A DNA stretch of 25,000 bases, taken from IMG/VR virus record IMGVR_UViG_3300038675_000977, positions 1-25,000 of that record. One strand, given 5' to 3'. The notes beneath the pieces were generated by a model that was given only the letters and a program-made list of their open reading frames with translations, was not told the DNA's origin and made no database searches. Of this stretch, positions 24,252 through 25,000 are shown in pieces; the first letter of the stretch is position 1; each line of letters starts with the position of its first letter. The position numbers were made by a program, and so were the translations under genes. The stretch comes from a virus (taxonomy: Duplodnaviria > Caudoviricetes).

Positions 24252-24668
24252 TCAGGCTCCAATGTTGAGCAGAAAGTTATTGAGATTTTTGTACAGTTGA
24301 AGTTTGTCGGCGCGCTCGGCGGCGCTCGCAAAGTCATTACGCTCATTGGTTATCCAGCATTCCCACATTTTAGTGAGGGCCTCGCTGTAGGCTTTTGGTT
24401 CGGAGTAGGCAAGCAGGTTTTCAACCGCTTCACCCGGTTCAGATTTAATCATAACATAAAAAAAAGAATAGGGTTGTAAAAAATTAATAAATTTTGCCTG
24501 CGGAGCAAAGCCGCCGTAGGTGTTGACTACAATTTCACCCTGCAACGCAACGCGAACCAGTCCCGCGCTTTCGCACGGGGCCACCATAGCGGCCTTGCTG
24601 AATTTTCGCAACAAGGCGGTCCGGAGCGTTGCATTATTAAAATTGTAGTCGGAAACAAATTTATTCAT
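24252..24668 (-). CDS. Hypothetical protein
   Basis: 138-aa ORF co-oriented with its neighbours; no motif recognised. Confidence 0.6.
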   Translation of the reverse strand: MNKFVSDYNFNNATLRTALLRKFSKAAMVAPCESAGLVRVALQGEIVVNTYGGFAPQAKFINFLQPYSFFYVMIKSEPGEAVENLLAYSEPKAYSEALTKMWECWITNERNDFASAAERADKLQLYKNLNNFLLNIGA

Positions 24669-24728
24669 TATTCCACCTTCTGATACCCGCTGCAGGTATT
24701 TTTTATTGATTAGTTGAGATTTGATAAT

Positions 24729-24947
24729 TTACAAATGGTCGTTTACCACCGGAAATTTACGGCCATTGAACTGGAACACCAGGTATTTCCCGGCCTCAAT
24801 GCGGTCGAGTATGGCCCGCTTGCTAACCTGCTCCATGGCCGCCAGTTCAGCCGGGCTAACCGGGGCAAGCAGATCTGCACAGTCGTGAAGTATTTGGAGC
24901 AAATCGGCGCTGTGCAGGCGGCTAAGCTTTTTGTAATATATGCTCAT
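24729..24947 (-). CDS. Small HTH DNA-binding protein (excisionase-like)
   Basis: VSPAELAAMEQVSKRAILDRIEAGKY...FNGRKF winged-HTH pattern; start placed at MSIYY. Confidence 0.6.
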   Translation of the reverse strand: MSIYYKKLSRLHSADLLQILHDCADLLAPVSPAELAAMEQVSKRAILDRIEAGKYLVFQFNGRKFPVVNDHL

Positions 24948-25000
24948 AATTAAAGGATTAGAGTGGTTCACGGTTGTGAATTGCGTTTATAAGGTAGTTA

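Larger units (their letters stand above)
55..25000. mobile_element. Mu-like (transposable) siphovirus-type prophage of a Bacteroidota host, late region and one probable end; continues beyond the right edge
   Basis: Contiguous head, tail, lysis and terminase genes. Mu-type gp36, portal, MuF and gpG-like genes; tape measure and tail tube but no sheath; terminal DNA-modification gene. No transposase or integrase in the window. Confidence 0.9.

Overview
The window is almost entirely the late (virion, lysis) region of a temperate, Mu-like (transposable) long-tailed prophage of a Bacteroidota host. The host is inferred from TAnnTTTG promoter elements, A-rich starts without Shine-Dalgarno sites, and protein styles; no database search was possible. 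Two operons diverge from about 16.2 kb. The leftward operon runs: prohead protease/scaffold, head accessory protein, major capsid, tail tube, tail assembly chaperones, tape measure, an inserted glycosyltransferase, distal tail/hub, fibre genes, lysis cassette and a Dam-like methyltransferase abutting a probable prophage end near nt 55. The rightward operon runs: small and large terminase, Mu gp36-like, a portal-MuF fusion, Mu gpG-like and a tail-completion protein. An antirepressor, a lipoprotein moron and two small genes converge on it from the right. The strongest signals are: (1) a canonical-looking -1 frameshift cassette (T_TTT_TTC plus GC hairpin) at the portal/MuF junction, which would make both a free portal and a portal-MuF-nuclease-like fusion; (2) a C4/CI-like cloverleaf antisense RNA in the antirepressor leader; (3) a switch-like structured RNA upstream of the methylase; (4) a glycosyltransferase translationally coupled inside the tail operon; (5) a capsid protein with a hydrophobic N-terminal leader; and (6) strong GATC avoidance. 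All family assignments are by motif recognition and gene order only.
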